From IMG/VR virus record IMGVR_UViG_3300021375_002698: DNA of 64,000 bases. The stretch is one strand, 5' to 3'. The translations under genes and the position numbers were made by a program. Shown here one piece after another: positions 9,542-19,006 of this stretch. Origin of the DNA: a virus. The notes under the pieces are model-generated. The model did no database searches and was not told where the DNA came from. It saw nothing but the letters and a program-made list of their open reading frames with translations. Every line of letters starts with the position of its first letter. The stretch's first letter is position 1.

Positions 9542-9946
9542 ATGTTTAATACAAAACAATTCACTGATGTTACTTCTGACAAACAACGACGAAGTGGAAC
9601 AACATGTTACAGAGATAATAAAAATCCAGGCGTATTCTATACTTCACATTCAAGCGGTTATGTTCGTAGAGTAATCAAACTGAAGTCTGAACGTATTAAC
9701 AATTTAACAAATGAAAAGAAGACTAAAGAAATTCATACAAAATATCATATCAATCCATCGACTGTGAGCACTCATGAAAGTAACGACAATAAAAAATCAA
9801 TCAGCATTATGCTTCCAACAGAAAACATGCGTTTAAATCGAATTCAAACGCAAGCTGATAAGTTTAATAAAAAACGATTTGTTGCTAATTCGTCATGCGT
9901 TGTAATTAGAGATGACGAAATTATTATTACAACAATTGACGTATAA
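9542..9946 (+). CDS. Hypothetical basic protein, paralog of 6241..6660
   Basis: GYVRRVIK; promoter 9477. Confidence 0.8.
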   Translation: MFNTKQFTDVTSDKQRRSGTTCYRDNKNPGVFYTSHSSGYVRRVIKLKSERINNLTNEKKTKEIHTKYHINPSTVSTHESNDNKKSISIMLPTENMRLNRIQTQADKFNKKRFVANSSCVVIRDDEIIITTIDV

Positions 9947-9993
9947 AGGTTAAACTTGTACTTGATATTTGTTACAATACAAATATTAAATAT

Positions 9994-10066
9994 GGGCAGT
10001 TAGCCAAGCGGTTAAGGCTCCGGTCTCATAAACCGGCGATCCTCGGTTCAAATCCGAGACTGCCCA
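9994..10066 (+). tRNA. tRNA with CAT anticodon (Ile2/lysidine or elongator Met), no encoded CCA
   Basis: Acceptor GGGCAGT/ACTGCCC; anticodon arm CCGGT-CTCATAA-ACCGG; GGTTCAAATCC T-arm; lacks initiator features. Confidence 0.9.
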
Positions 10067-10121
10067 CTTATTTATCTAGTCTTTTAGATGAATAAATTAA
10101 ATATCTTATGAAAGGTTCATT

Positions 10122-10361
10122 ATGAATAAAGAAATTTTTAATACATATAAATCTCTAATAGTTTCAAATACTGTTGATGCTATTAGAGAATCTAAAAATA
10201 CAAACAAATGTTTAACTGAAGTATTATGCTCAAATCATAATAAAAGTACTGATGTTTACAATCAGTTAAATAAACAAATGGTTTCATCAAGCAATCCTAA
10301 CTATCCTTCTAAATCTGGCAATCCTAGCGGTCCAGGCAGAGGTAATTCTCCTAAGAAGTAA
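10122..10361 (+). CDS. Small protein with C-terminal NPNYPSKSGNPSGPGRGNSPKK
   Basis: GAAAGG SD; lies between tRNAs. Confidence 0.65.
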   Translation: MNKEIFNTYKSLIVSNTVDAIRESKNTNKCLTEVLCSNHNKSTDVYNQLNKQMVSSSNPNYPSKSGNPSGPGRGNSPKK

Positions 10362-10416
10362 AACATAAACAAGGTAAATTCTTATCTACAACCTTCAATA
10401 AAATGTAGATACACAT

Positions 10417-10488
10417 GCACTCGTAGCTCAGTGGAAGAGCAGTGGCCTTCTAAGCCATTGGTCGTAGGTTCAAATCCTACCGGGTGTA
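10417..10488 (+). tRNA. tRNA-Arg(TCT), no encoded CCA
   Basis: Cloverleaf; anticodon arm GTGGC-CTTCTAA-GCCAT. Confidence 0.93.
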
Positions 10489-10585
10489 CTAAGTTTCATA
10501 TAACTTTTATTTCTATACAAAAATATAAAATAAATTAATAGCTGATGGTGGTACATTAAACTATTACTTATATGAAACTCCTTAA

Positions 10586-10658
10586 GGATTGTTAGCTCAA
10601 TCGGTAGAGCAGTGGACTTTTAATCCATTGGTTCTGGGTTCGAGTCCCAGACGATCCA
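10586..10658 (+). tRNA. tRNA-Lys(TTT), no encoded CCA
   Basis: Cloverleaf; anticodon arm GTGGA-CTTTTAA-TCCAT. Confidence 0.93.
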
Positions 10659-10696
10659 ATCATATAAGTCATCTTAACTAAAAAAAGGAAATCTTT

Positions 10697-10981
10697 ATGA
10701 AAGATATCAATTTACCTGATAATATCTCACTTATCAACAAAACAATAAATTGCTTCAATCATCAATACCCAAACTTCGATGCGCTTGATGTTGATGATTT
10801 CTTCTCAAATGACTATAAACAATATCACTATCAGGCTTTCATCTCTGATAACGGAAACGTCACACTTGAATTCCCAATAACTGCAGACTCAAACCCAGCT
10901 TCTATAGTCATATCAAAAGAATCAAAAACAATCAAAACTAATCACTCTTTCAAAAAAGAACTAGAAAGAGTAAATAGATAA
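10697..10981 (+). CDS. Hypothetical protein
   Basis: AAAGGA SD. Confidence 0.7.
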   Translation: MKDINLPDNISLINKTINCFNHQYPNFDALDVDDFFSNDYKQYHYQAFISDNGNVTLEFPITADSNPASIVISKESKTIKTNHSFKKELERVNR

Positions 10982-11431
10982 CGAATCACTTATTTTTTAG
11001 TCTCTCACCCCCTGCAAAACTAGATAAAATACAGCGCTACTCAAAACAGAACTGCCCTCAAAATAATTCACGCTCCACAAACTTCTACTACCCTTCGTAT
11101 CGTCAAACACTTCTCACGTAATTCTGTGCTGCCCTATCTAATTTAACACTATCACTTCCAACACATATAACACTCTATCTACTTTCACATAGATCTAGTC
11201 GCAAAGAATAAAATGATAACAATAATATCCACTATAAATAACACAATTTTCTACTCTACATTCATTCTTGTAGGTAACTCATTCCTCTATAACGAATACA
11301 ATCAACTTCATCTATCAGTACTAATCATAACATCAGTTATAGACGCAACTATAGACTAATCCACTACGTGTAATTTTAATAACTATATTGTTATAATAAC
11401 AATGTAAATACCCAATATAAAAGGATAAATT

Positions 11432-11659
11432 ATGGAAAATTACTTGATTTATGTTTACAATATCTGCTGGCCTTCAACAGATAAACACGCTTTCTACAAC
11501 TGCAAAAACATTCCCACTCACTCTTATGTGAAAATACCAAAAGATACTTTCTCTAACGACACAGAACGAAATGTCTTCATTGACTTCATTCTTCTTAATA
11601 ACACGGGAATAAAACCCCTCACATACACATACTCTCTTGAATATGTCTGCCACCTCTAA
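11432..11659 (+). CDS. Hypothetical protein
   Basis: Promoter 11368, AAAGGA SD. Confidence 0.75.
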   Translation: MENYLIYVYNICWPSTDKHAFYNCKNIPTHSYVKIPKDTFSNDTERNVFIDFILLNNTGIKPLTYTYSLEYVCHL

Positions 11660-11677
11660 ACAGAAAGGTTTTCAATC

Positions 11678-11908
11678 ATGAATCCAATTATCAAAGTCAA
11701 AGGTACTGACGGTACTCTATACACTGTCTTCACTTCTCACATTATCTTCTACGAAAGCGTTTCAAAACCTTACTATGATTCCGAAGAACACACATGGCGA
11801 GATTCCGAAGAAGGGTCAATCATACACCTATCTAATAACTTCAACCCTATCAAAGTTACTCAAACTAAAGATGAATTAGATAAACAAATCAACACTTTAA
11901 TAGAATAA
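11678..11908 (+). CDS. Hypothetical protein
   Basis: GAAAGG SD. Confidence 0.75.
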   Translation: MNPIIKVKGTDGTLYTVFTSHIIFYESVSKPYYDSEEHTWRDSEEGSIIHLSNNFNPIKVTQTKDELDKQINTLIE

Positions 11909-11909
11909 A

Positions 11910-12260
11910 AAACAATAAACAGCTACACTCAGCATCAAAACGTTTCGCGCGCCTTGTCCTGTGTTGTAGTTTGAGATATACATCTGTGTATCTGGTTTAG
12001 CGTCTGTAAGTGTTTTGATAAGAGTATGATAAAACATATTGTATTGTTTTTAGAGTGTATCTGAGTTTAAGTTGTACCATTTGTTATTTATGATGTAGTA
12101 TTATTTGCAGGAGTTAGTGAGTGATATGTGTTATAAGTGTTTGTTATATTGGTTGAGTGTATTTGGAGTATATTTTGTATTGTATATGTTATTGGAGATA
12201 TTATATAGTTGAGATTTATTTTTAGTTTCTTTTGAAGGGTTTAAAGATGAATAATATTAG
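11910..12260. other. Intergenic GC-skew inversion centred on AAACGTTT-CGCGCG palindromes (candidate origin or terminal-repeat boundary)
   Basis: 11821-11940 has 26 C/7 G; 12121-12240 has 1 C/29 G (hand count); no change of gene strand. Confidence 0.6.
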
Positions 12261-12342
12261 TGTGTAATATATTGTTTATGTATATTATAATATAGTTGTG
12301 GGGAAGGAAATAATAATTTTAACTGCTTTTGAAAGGTTTGAT

Positions 12343-12675
12343 ATGAAGATTATAGTTGCTTGGAAATTTGGATTGAGAGATCGTGCTGCTAATGGCGAGT
12401 TAAAGAATCATTATATTTCTAATGTTCATGAATATGATGATTTAGATTCTGACGAGAAAGAGATGTTACATGATGCATATGCAAAAGCTATTGGAGTTCC
12501 TGTTACTATTGACTTGAAAGAGTTATTTAATCATCTTGCTACTTTTGAGTTAGAACATTTGTCTAATTACAGTATACATGATGCTTTGCATTTGAAGTAC
12601 TGTTGGGAAGTTGATGGTTTTTTAAAGTTAGATGAAGACGAAGACTATGGAGACAGGTGGAATAAATTAAATTGA
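12343..12675 (+). CDS. Hypothetical protein (start revised)
   Basis: ATG after the leader repeat. Confidence 0.75.
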   Translation: MKIIVAWKFGLRDRAANGELKNHYISNVHEYDDLDSDEKEMLHDAYAKAIGVPVTIDLKELFNHLATFELEHLSNYSIHDALHLKYCWEVDGFLKLDEDEDYGDRWNKLN

Positions 12676-12736
12676 TTGAGAGAATATAAGTGTTGGAAGG
12701 AAATAATATTTTTAACTGCTTTTGAAAGGTTTTATT

Positions 12737-12919
12737 ATGGTTGACAATAATGAAGAGAATAGAGTTAAGTTAGCTGACAAGGTATTTGAGAATATGGATA
12801 AAGATGAGATTAGATTATTAGCTTATAAGAGTTTATTGAAGATTTATATTCATAGTCCTGTTGTTTTTGAGCATGATTGGAATCAAGAGTTTTCTGATGT
12901 TATTGATTTAAGTGAGTAG
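12737..12919 (+). CDS. Hypothetical protein (start revised)
   Basis: ATG after the leader repeat. Confidence 0.7.
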   Translation: MVDNNEENRVKLADKVFENMDKDEIRLLAYKSLLKIYIHSPVVFEHDWNQEFSDVIDLSE

Positions 12920-12953
12920 ATTTTATTTTTAACTGCTTTTGAAAGGTTTAAAC

Positions 12954-13307
12954 ATGAAAATCTTAAATATAACTGGATATAGTTTTAGTAATCCTGACCG
13001 GGTTTTTTATAATGGTGTTAGTGAAGCTGAAATGTTGAATAAGTTAGGCTTAGTAGACGGTAGAACTCTTGAGAATAGTTTGATTAGTCATTTAACTGAC
13101 TGGGTTAATTACAAGAAGATTTTAGATAGTTTTAAAGAAGAGGGTTTTACTCATATTACAAATGATGATGATTCTGTGAATATTATTCATGGTAATAGAG
13201 AAGCTTTGCTTGAAGATCCTATAGATAATGAGATTCAGCGTGCGAGCAAGGGAATAGAACATGTATTATCTCTAGGCAGAATTGATTCTACACAATTAGA
13301 CTTTTGA
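12954..13307 (+). CDS. Hypothetical protein (start revised)
   Basis: ATG after the leader repeat. Confidence 0.75.
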   Translation: MKILNITGYSFSNPDRVFYNGVSEAEMLNKLGLVDGRTLENSLISHLTDWVNYKKILDSFKEEGFTHITNDDDSVNIIHGNREALLEDPIDNEIQRASKGIEHVLSLGRIDSTQLDF

Positions 13308-13336
13308 TTTTTTTAACTACTTTTGAAAGGTTTAAC

Positions 13337-14400
13337 ATGAAATACTTTTTTTTTTACTTTCTTCGAGTGCTTTTTGTAAAGAAAAGATAACATCACATAT
13401 ACAAGCAAATGAGTTTTCTATAGTTGAGCAAATTGTTATAAGAGATAATTTTAATTTATCTCTTCATAAGCTGTTTGGTATGAAGTATAAGATTTTAACT
13501 AGTGAAACAGTATATGAAGAGATAAAAAAGTCAAATTTAAAAATTGAATATGATCAGCAAGAATGTAATTTAAGTTTAGCAAAAAAACTAAAAGCAAAGT
13601 TTTCTTTTATTATTAAAGTTAGAAAAGCAAACAAAAAATATTATACTGTAATAGAGCTTTACAGAATAAAAGATAATGTTTTAATAGACGGATTTAAAGA
13701 AAGTTTTACAGCAAGTAAGAAAAATAGAATGAAGCGCCTTAGTAATGTAATAGAAAAAAATATTTTTAAGTTTAAGTCTAAACTTCTACAAGTTAAATTT
13801 TTAGTTAACAAAAAGATTAGTAACAAAAAGATTAGTAACAAAAAGATTAGTAACAAAAAGATTAGTAGCAAAAAGATTAGTAGCAAAAAGATTAGCAGAC
13901 TACGAACTACATTGAGTGACTTAAAAAAGTATTATCTAGGAAATAGTAGTAAAGATTATAGTAAAAGTTTAAAAAAAGAGTATTCTGATGTTTTATTTGA
14001 AAATAACGTTATATACTCTTTGCTTATAGTCGCAGGAATTACTTTTACTATTAGCGGTTTAGTTTTATTAAAAAAAGCTAAAGAAGATATAAGCAGCAAT
14101 CAAGAAGTTAATTCTATTATTTATCGTAATGGTGAAAAGAAAAAAGTTGTTAGTAGTGTTTTTTTATTTACTGGGTTAATAACAATTATTACTAGCGTAG
14201 CATTTTCTTTGGAGTGTAATAATTTTATAAAAAATGTTTATGAGAACAAATATTTTTTAAATGAAAATAAAACAAAAACTTGCTTATATAATTCAAATAA
14301 AATGAACAGAAAGCTTAATGTTAGTGTTAAAGACAGTATTAGATTTAATTTAAAAGCAAATCGAAAAAGTCTTCAAGGACTTATTACTTTTAAGTTCTAA
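13337..14400 (+). CDS. Envelope protein (signal peptide, TolB-N/DUF2380-like domain, NKKIS repeats, 2 TM) with a frameshift in a T10 tract
   Basis: ATG 13337 follows the leader repeat; one extra T in 13346-13355 joins it in frame to 13480..14400. Confidence 0.6.
13807..13896 (+). repeat. Six 15-bp tandem repeats (NKKIS/SKKIS)
   Basis: A(A/G)CAAAAAGATTAG(T/C) x6. Confidence 0.95.
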
Positions 14401-14524
14401 TAGCTTTAGAGCTTCAAAGAGAAAGTTGGTAATTCACGTGTAAATAATTTATAATATATTGTATAATATAAGTGTGGAGAAGGAAATAATAATTTTATTT
14501 TTAACAGCTTTTGAAAGGCTTAAT

Positions 14525-14785
14525 ATGAGATATGAAAATGAAACAGGCAATAGAGCTTTGGGCATGTATGTTAATTCAGAACATGTAGATGTGTCTAAAG
14601 AACTTTTGATTGACATAATTCAGCAAATTGTAAAGAACTGTTATAATGATGGCTTTGATGAAATATGTTCTGATGATCATGCTGTAGTAGGAATGATTAA
14701 ATTATTTATGGATGTTGCTGATGAAACAGGATATCATAGATTACAAAGCGACTTGCAAAAGTTGTATACACATTATGACATATGA
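14525..14785 (+). CDS. Hypothetical protein, recent duplicate of 19373..19651
   Basis: GNRALGMYVNSEHVDVSKEL identical in both. Confidence 0.85.
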   Translation: MRYENETGNRALGMYVNSEHVDVSKELLIDIIQQIVKNCYNDGFDEICSDDHAVVGMIKLFMDVADETGYHRLQSDLQKLYTHYDI

Positions 14786-15234
14786 GGGTCAACATTATGA
14801 GAAAGCATATTGCATTTTTAGTTTTTGCACCGTATGGTGATTCTTCTAGTCAAGTTAATGAAGAAAAGAATAAGAAGTTGATGATAGAGCTTAAAGAAGG
14901 TTATTATAACAATCCTAGGCTTTTTGGTCCTGGGCTTAGTCATAGCGTAAGATTAGATAGATTGATATCGTTAGTTAGAGATAAGAATGGAGAAGACGTT
15001 TTAAATACACATACGTTTTGGTATGCGAATACGTTGAAGGATAATTATGAGAAGAGTGGAGTAGTACCTTGGGATGATGTTTGTGAATGTATTTATCACC
15101 CTAGCAAGAGTGAAGATCAAGAAAGAGTAGAGATGTCTGATGAAGATTTTGATAACATGTGGAGAAACGAAATAGCTATGGAAACTGGGATGTTATATGG
15201 AATAGATGCGTATAACGACATAAGAGGATATTGA
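14782..15234 (+). CDS. Hypothetical protein
   Basis: ORF with overlapping start. Confidence 0.7.
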   Translation: MRVNIMRKHIAFLVFAPYGDSSSQVNEEKNKKLMIELKEGYYNNPRLFGPGLSHSVRLDRLISLVRDKNGEDVLNTHTFWYANTLKDNYEKSGVVPWDDVCECIYHPSKSEDQERVEMSDEDFDNMWRNEIAMETGMLYGIDAYNDIRGY

Positions 15235-15269
15235 TATTTTATCTTTAACAGCTTTTGAAAGGTTTTGAT

Positions 15270-15845
15270 ATGACGTTGGTAGAAAAAACTAACAATATTA
15301 GTTTATTAATTGAGGAAAGTAAAAAGTTAGTATTAGGAAAATGTAGTGCGGGAGTATTTGTAAGATATAATAATACAGGTACTTTCTTAGAAAAATATAA
15401 AGAAAAGATTGGTAAAGCAATTCACCTTGAATGGCATGTAGGAAGTAATAAACCTCATAAAGATTCTGAAAAGTGTGTAACTTGCTGTTTTCATGTTGAA
15501 GAACGGGTGTCTCAAATTAATTGGGAACGAATAGTATACTCTGATCTTTTTAAAAAGTTCGAAGAGTTAGTGCTTCATGACATAGAGTTATTTGATAAAG
15601 ACTTAATCTTAATCAAGGAAACACCCAGTACGTTTGATTGCAGAAATCATCTTCGTCATGGAAAAAGTACTAGAGCTTATTGGATAGGATTTGAGTTTTC
15701 AAAAAAAGAAAATTTTGAAAGTAGAATATCTGATGTTGTTTTATATTCGTATGTTTTTAGTAATATTATTAACAATCATATCTGGTTAATAAAAGGATTG
15801 ATTACATCAAACCATAGCTCACTTATACAAAAAAGATTAATTTGA
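15270..15845 (+). CDS. Hypothetical protein flanked by ~35-bp direct repeats
   Basis: TTGATATTTTATCTTTAAC(A/T)GCTTTTGAAAGGTTT at 15231 and 15842. Confidence 0.75.
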   Translation: MTLVEKTNNISLLIEESKKLVLGKCSAGVFVRYNNTGTFLEKYKEKIGKAIHLEWHVGSNKPHKDSEKCVTCCFHVEERVSQINWERIVYSDLFKKFEELVLHDIELFDKDLILIKETPSTFDCRNHLRHGKSTRAYWIGFEFSKKENFESRISDVVLYSYVFSNIINNHIWLIKGLITSNHSSLIQKRLI

Positions 15846-15881
15846 TATTTTATCTTTAACTGCTTTTGAAAGGTTTAAATT

Positions 15882-16874
15882 ATGAAAAACAATGCTGTTT
15901 GTTCTTTTATTCTAAATATTGCTATTTTACAATTTACTGGTTGCTCTTCCTTAGTAGACTCTGGACCAGAGCCGCTTTCTAAAGAGGAGTTTGTAAAAGA
16001 AATTACTACAAATATTTTAAGAAACATTGACAAAGAAAATGAAGTTTCTATCAATGTTTCGCAATTAGAAAAAGAAGAGAATGGTTCCATTGGGTCAAAG
16101 GGTGAAACAGGTCCAGTAGGTGAAACAGGCCCAAGAGGTGAAACAGGTCCAAGAGGTGAAACAGGTCCAAGAGGTGAAACAGGTCCAAGAGGTGAAACAG
16201 GTCCAAGAGGTGAAACAGGTCCAAGAGGTGAAACAGGTCCAGTAGGTCCAGCGCCTAACATTGAAGAAATACTCTCAGAATTACAATTGCAAAACAATAC
16301 ACAACAATTGCCACAAGGTCTTGAACCTTTCTCAACATATAAAATAACAGATGAAGGTGAGATTGTTGGAAAGTTAATTAGCAGATATCATAATTTTAGA
16401 AGATACAGCTACAGCACAGACCAGCATACAATGGACATGTGTGAAAACTGGAACATTGCAGTTTATAATGAAGAAGAACAGCAGGTTAAGAAAATTCATT
16501 TTGATACATGTATTAATCAAAAACTTTCAACTTACATGGGATGGGATCCTTGTAGATCTTATACAGGATGGTGGAAGCGACATTCTAATTCATACTTGCA
16601 AGAATATACAACACCAGAAAATGCAAGATGTTCTCATGAGGTTACAGGTGAAAGAGACAATACTTATGAATACTTCAAAGACATAATGCAAAGATGGGTC
16701 ATGTCAGCAGGTAAGCATATTAAATTAAACAATTCTTACTATAAAGTCACAGATACTGAAAGAGTTTATACTGAATTTGTAAATGGTTCGAATACAGTTG
16801 GAGTTCCTCACAAACTTGTCCTTATTTTAGAGTATGTTGGTGAAGAAATAGAAGGTAATGAGTATATTCATTAA
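15882..16874 (+). CDS. Collagen-like repeat lipoprotein
   Basis: Signal with FTGC lipobox; (GETGPR/V)x8. Confidence 0.8.
   Translation: MKNNAVCSFILNIAILQFTGCSSLVDSGPEPLSKEEFVKEITTNILRNIDKENEVSINVSQLEKEENGSIGSKGETGPVGETGPRGETGPRGETGPRGETGPRGETGPRGETGPRGETGPVGPAPNIEEILSELQLQNNTQQLPQGLEPFSTYKITDEGEIVGKLISRYHNFRRYSYSTDQHTMDMCENWNIAVYNEEEQQVKKIHFDTCINQKLSTYMGWDPCRSYTGWWKRHSNSYLQEYTTPENARCSHEVTGERDNTYEYFKDIMQRWVMSAGKHIKLNNSYYKVTDTERVYTEFVNGSNTVGVPHKLVLILEYVGEEIEGNEYIH
16101..16244 (+). repeat. Eight 18-bp collagen-coding repeats
   Basis: GGTGAAACAGG(T/C)CCA(AGA/GTA). Confidence 0.95.
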
Positions 16875-16925
16875 TTAGATAAACATGACTATTATTTAAA
16901 CTATTTTACATTGTAAGGAGCAATA

Positions 16926-17474
16926 ATGAAGTATGTTGTTTATATTGTTTTGATGACGTTATCTGCTACAGGCTTCTGCAAAAAGAGTCTGGAAAAATTT
17001 AATTGCAGCAGTCAATGTGGTATCGTTAAGAACAAAAGACTTAAGTTGGGAGATACTGTGATTTATCATGGTGATATGTATGTATTAAGTGATTTAATAA
17101 ATAGTAAGACTTTGTATCCAAGACTAACTTTAGCAATAATTGATAAAAGTTGTGATAATGCTTATATCAACTGGTTAACTTTGAACAAAGACAAGATTGA
17201 GACGATTGATATTAAAAAATACAAATTTGGCAGATTTTTGGAGGAAGAGGCTGAAATTAAAATTCACTTGATGAAAGTTAAAGAGAACAATCCAGATACT
17301 GAATATGTTGTTGTTATAAGCTCAATGTATTTGTTTCGTTTTTATATAGACTTACATAACTTTAATCTTAAAAAATCAAAGTTATTAACTTTTGGAAGTA
17401 AATCTAAGAAAGTATCATTCAAGTATTTTAGTTTGTTTAACAAAACAATTGATGTTACTCATGAGTGTAAATAA
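16926..17474 (+). CDS. Secreted hypothetical protein
   Basis: AAGGAG SD; signal peptide. Confidence 0.75.
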   Translation: MKYVVYIVLMTLSATGFCKKSLEKFNCSSQCGIVKNKRLKLGDTVIYHGDMYVLSDLINSKTLYPRLTLAIIDKSCDNAYINWLTLNKDKIETIDIKKYKFGRFLEEEAEIKIHLMKVKENNPDTEYVVVISSMYLFRFYIDLHNFNLKKSKLLTFGSKSKKVSFKYFSLFNKTIDVTHECK

Positions 17475-17552
17475 ATTATTATATATTGTATAATATAAGT
17501 GTGGGGAAGGAAATAATAATTTTATTTTTAACAGCTTTTGAAAGGTTTTAGA

Positions 17553-17810
17553 ATGTATGATTTTGAAAGTTTTAGAGATGAGTATAGATTTTTAATTTTA
17601 GGATATATTGCAAGTGGTGAGAAAAGTTATCATGATGTATGTGAGCTTATTAATGTTTGTGACTTATACAAAGATCATTTAATTTCTGCAGATGAGATCA
17701 TAATCATGATTTTAGAGTTGGAAGTAGATCAAGATATTATATACAATGAAGACTCTGATACATGGGCATTGAATTCACTAAGTGTAAATATTGAATATTG
17801 TGATGTATAA
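17553..17810 (+). CDS. Small acidic winged-helix-like protein, paralog of 20810..21022
   Basis: Shared RDE.R..IL.YI, I..ELE.. and W pattern. Confidence 0.7.
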   Translation: MYDFESFRDEYRFLILGYIASGEKSYHDVCELINVCDLYKDHLISADEIIIMILELEVDQDIIYNEDSDTWALNSLSVNIEYCDV

Positions 17811-17866
17811 TTCTTATGTAAGGAATTATTCAATAAATTTTTTAACAACTTTTTTGGAGTTACGTT

Positions 17867-18166
17867 ATGAGTAGAAGATATACTAATTTATTAATTGATG
17901 ATATTGAGAATAGTTTGTTAACAAGAAAATTTATTCTTGACAATCTATTAGAATGGTTAAGTGAAGATGAAGTTGAAGAGTTTGCTAAAAGCAAAATTTA
18001 CACAGAAGATGAAGATGCAGATGAAGATGAAGTTGAAGACATGTACACAGTTTGGGTTGGTGGTACTGAAGTTGTTGATAATTATGTTTCTTATAAAACA
18101 GCTAAAGAAATAAGGAACAAATTCAAGAGTGAAGGATACGATGACGTTATTATATCTATAGCTTAA
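17867..18166 (+). CDS. Acidic hypothetical protein
   Basis: Promoter 17782, GGAG SD. Confidence 0.75.
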   Translation: MSRRYTNLLIDDIENSLLTRKFILDNLLEWLSEDEVEEFAKSKIYTEDEDADEDEVEDMYTVWVGGTEVVDNYVSYKTAKEIRNKFKSEGYDDVIISIA

Positions 18167-18199
18167 AGACTATATTTGATAATTATAGGGAATGTTTAA

Positions 18200-18664
18200 A
18201 TGAAATTTAAAAAAATTAAAGTATCACTTCTCTTCTGTATCTGCATATTGCTTGATGTAAGTTATACTATGTCTAGACCTGAGATAAACTGTAAAATAGA
18301 AGTCAAAAAAGGCGAGTGGAGTAATTGTGAGGCAGAGAAGAAAAGGAAGAAAAAAGTTTTGTACAAATTTTCTAGACTGTTTTTAGACTGCATAAACGAG
18401 AAAATAGATAAAGATGATTTGACAAAGCAAAAAACATTTGTAAATTGTGAATCGTTTTTTGCTTTGTATTACTTTTATAAATTCAAAAAGCCGTGGGATC
18501 AATCATCTGCTTTTTTTAATCTTAAAGATGTTATTAAAAAAATGATTGATGATGAGCATGAAGGTGTGGTTCTTTGTGTTTATAAAGATACATATTGTTT
18601 TAGAACAGCTCCAGTAGGAAGCTTAAGAAACAATTGTCAGATTCATCCTGTTTTATGCAAATAA
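18200..18664 (+). CDS. Cys-rich secreted hypothetical protein
   Basis: Signal peptide; many Cys. Confidence 0.7.
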   Translation: MKFKKIKVSLLFCICILLDVSYTMSRPEINCKIEVKKGEWSNCEAEKKRKKKVLYKFSRLFLDCINEKIDKDDLTKQKTFVNCESFFALYYFYKFKKPWDQSSAFFNLKDVIKKMIDDEHEGVVLCVYKDTYCFRTAPVGSLRNNCQIHPVLCK

Positions 18665-18701
18665 TTTTAGAAAGTTTTTTATTTTTCTTGAAAGGTTATG
18701 T

Positions 18702-18923
18702 ATGTTTTTTGTTACGTTTTCTGTTAAAGACTCTTATGAAGTTCAAGATCTTTTTGGTCCTTTTATTAGTTTAGATGAAGCAAAAGAAAAAGTTATAGGT
18801 GATGGATACAGTATAGATGGATCTTACTTTTCTTTTTTCAGGATAAGTCATGGAGGTTCAGATAAGCTGTTAAAAGTTGGACATGTTTTATTTCATAATA
18901 AAAGTATAGAAGAGATTTTTTAA
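18702..18923 (+). CDS. Hypothetical protein, paralog of 3521..3766
   Basis: LFGPFISLDEA. Confidence 0.75.
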   Translation: MFFVTFSVKDSYEVQDLFGPFISLDEAKEKVIGDGYSIDGSYFSFFRISHGGSDKLLKVGHVLFHNKSIEEIF

Positions 18924-19006
18924 GTAAGGAGAAAGATATACGATGGAGAAAATGTAGTAGTAGTAAATTATATCGATGATTTGTAATTTAAAAAAGGATT
19001 ATTAGA

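Noticed and set aside
13659-16297. Minus-strand LLIF-repeat and GPVSPL-repeat ORFs
   Set aside because: Antisense shadows of tandem repeats in plus-strand genes
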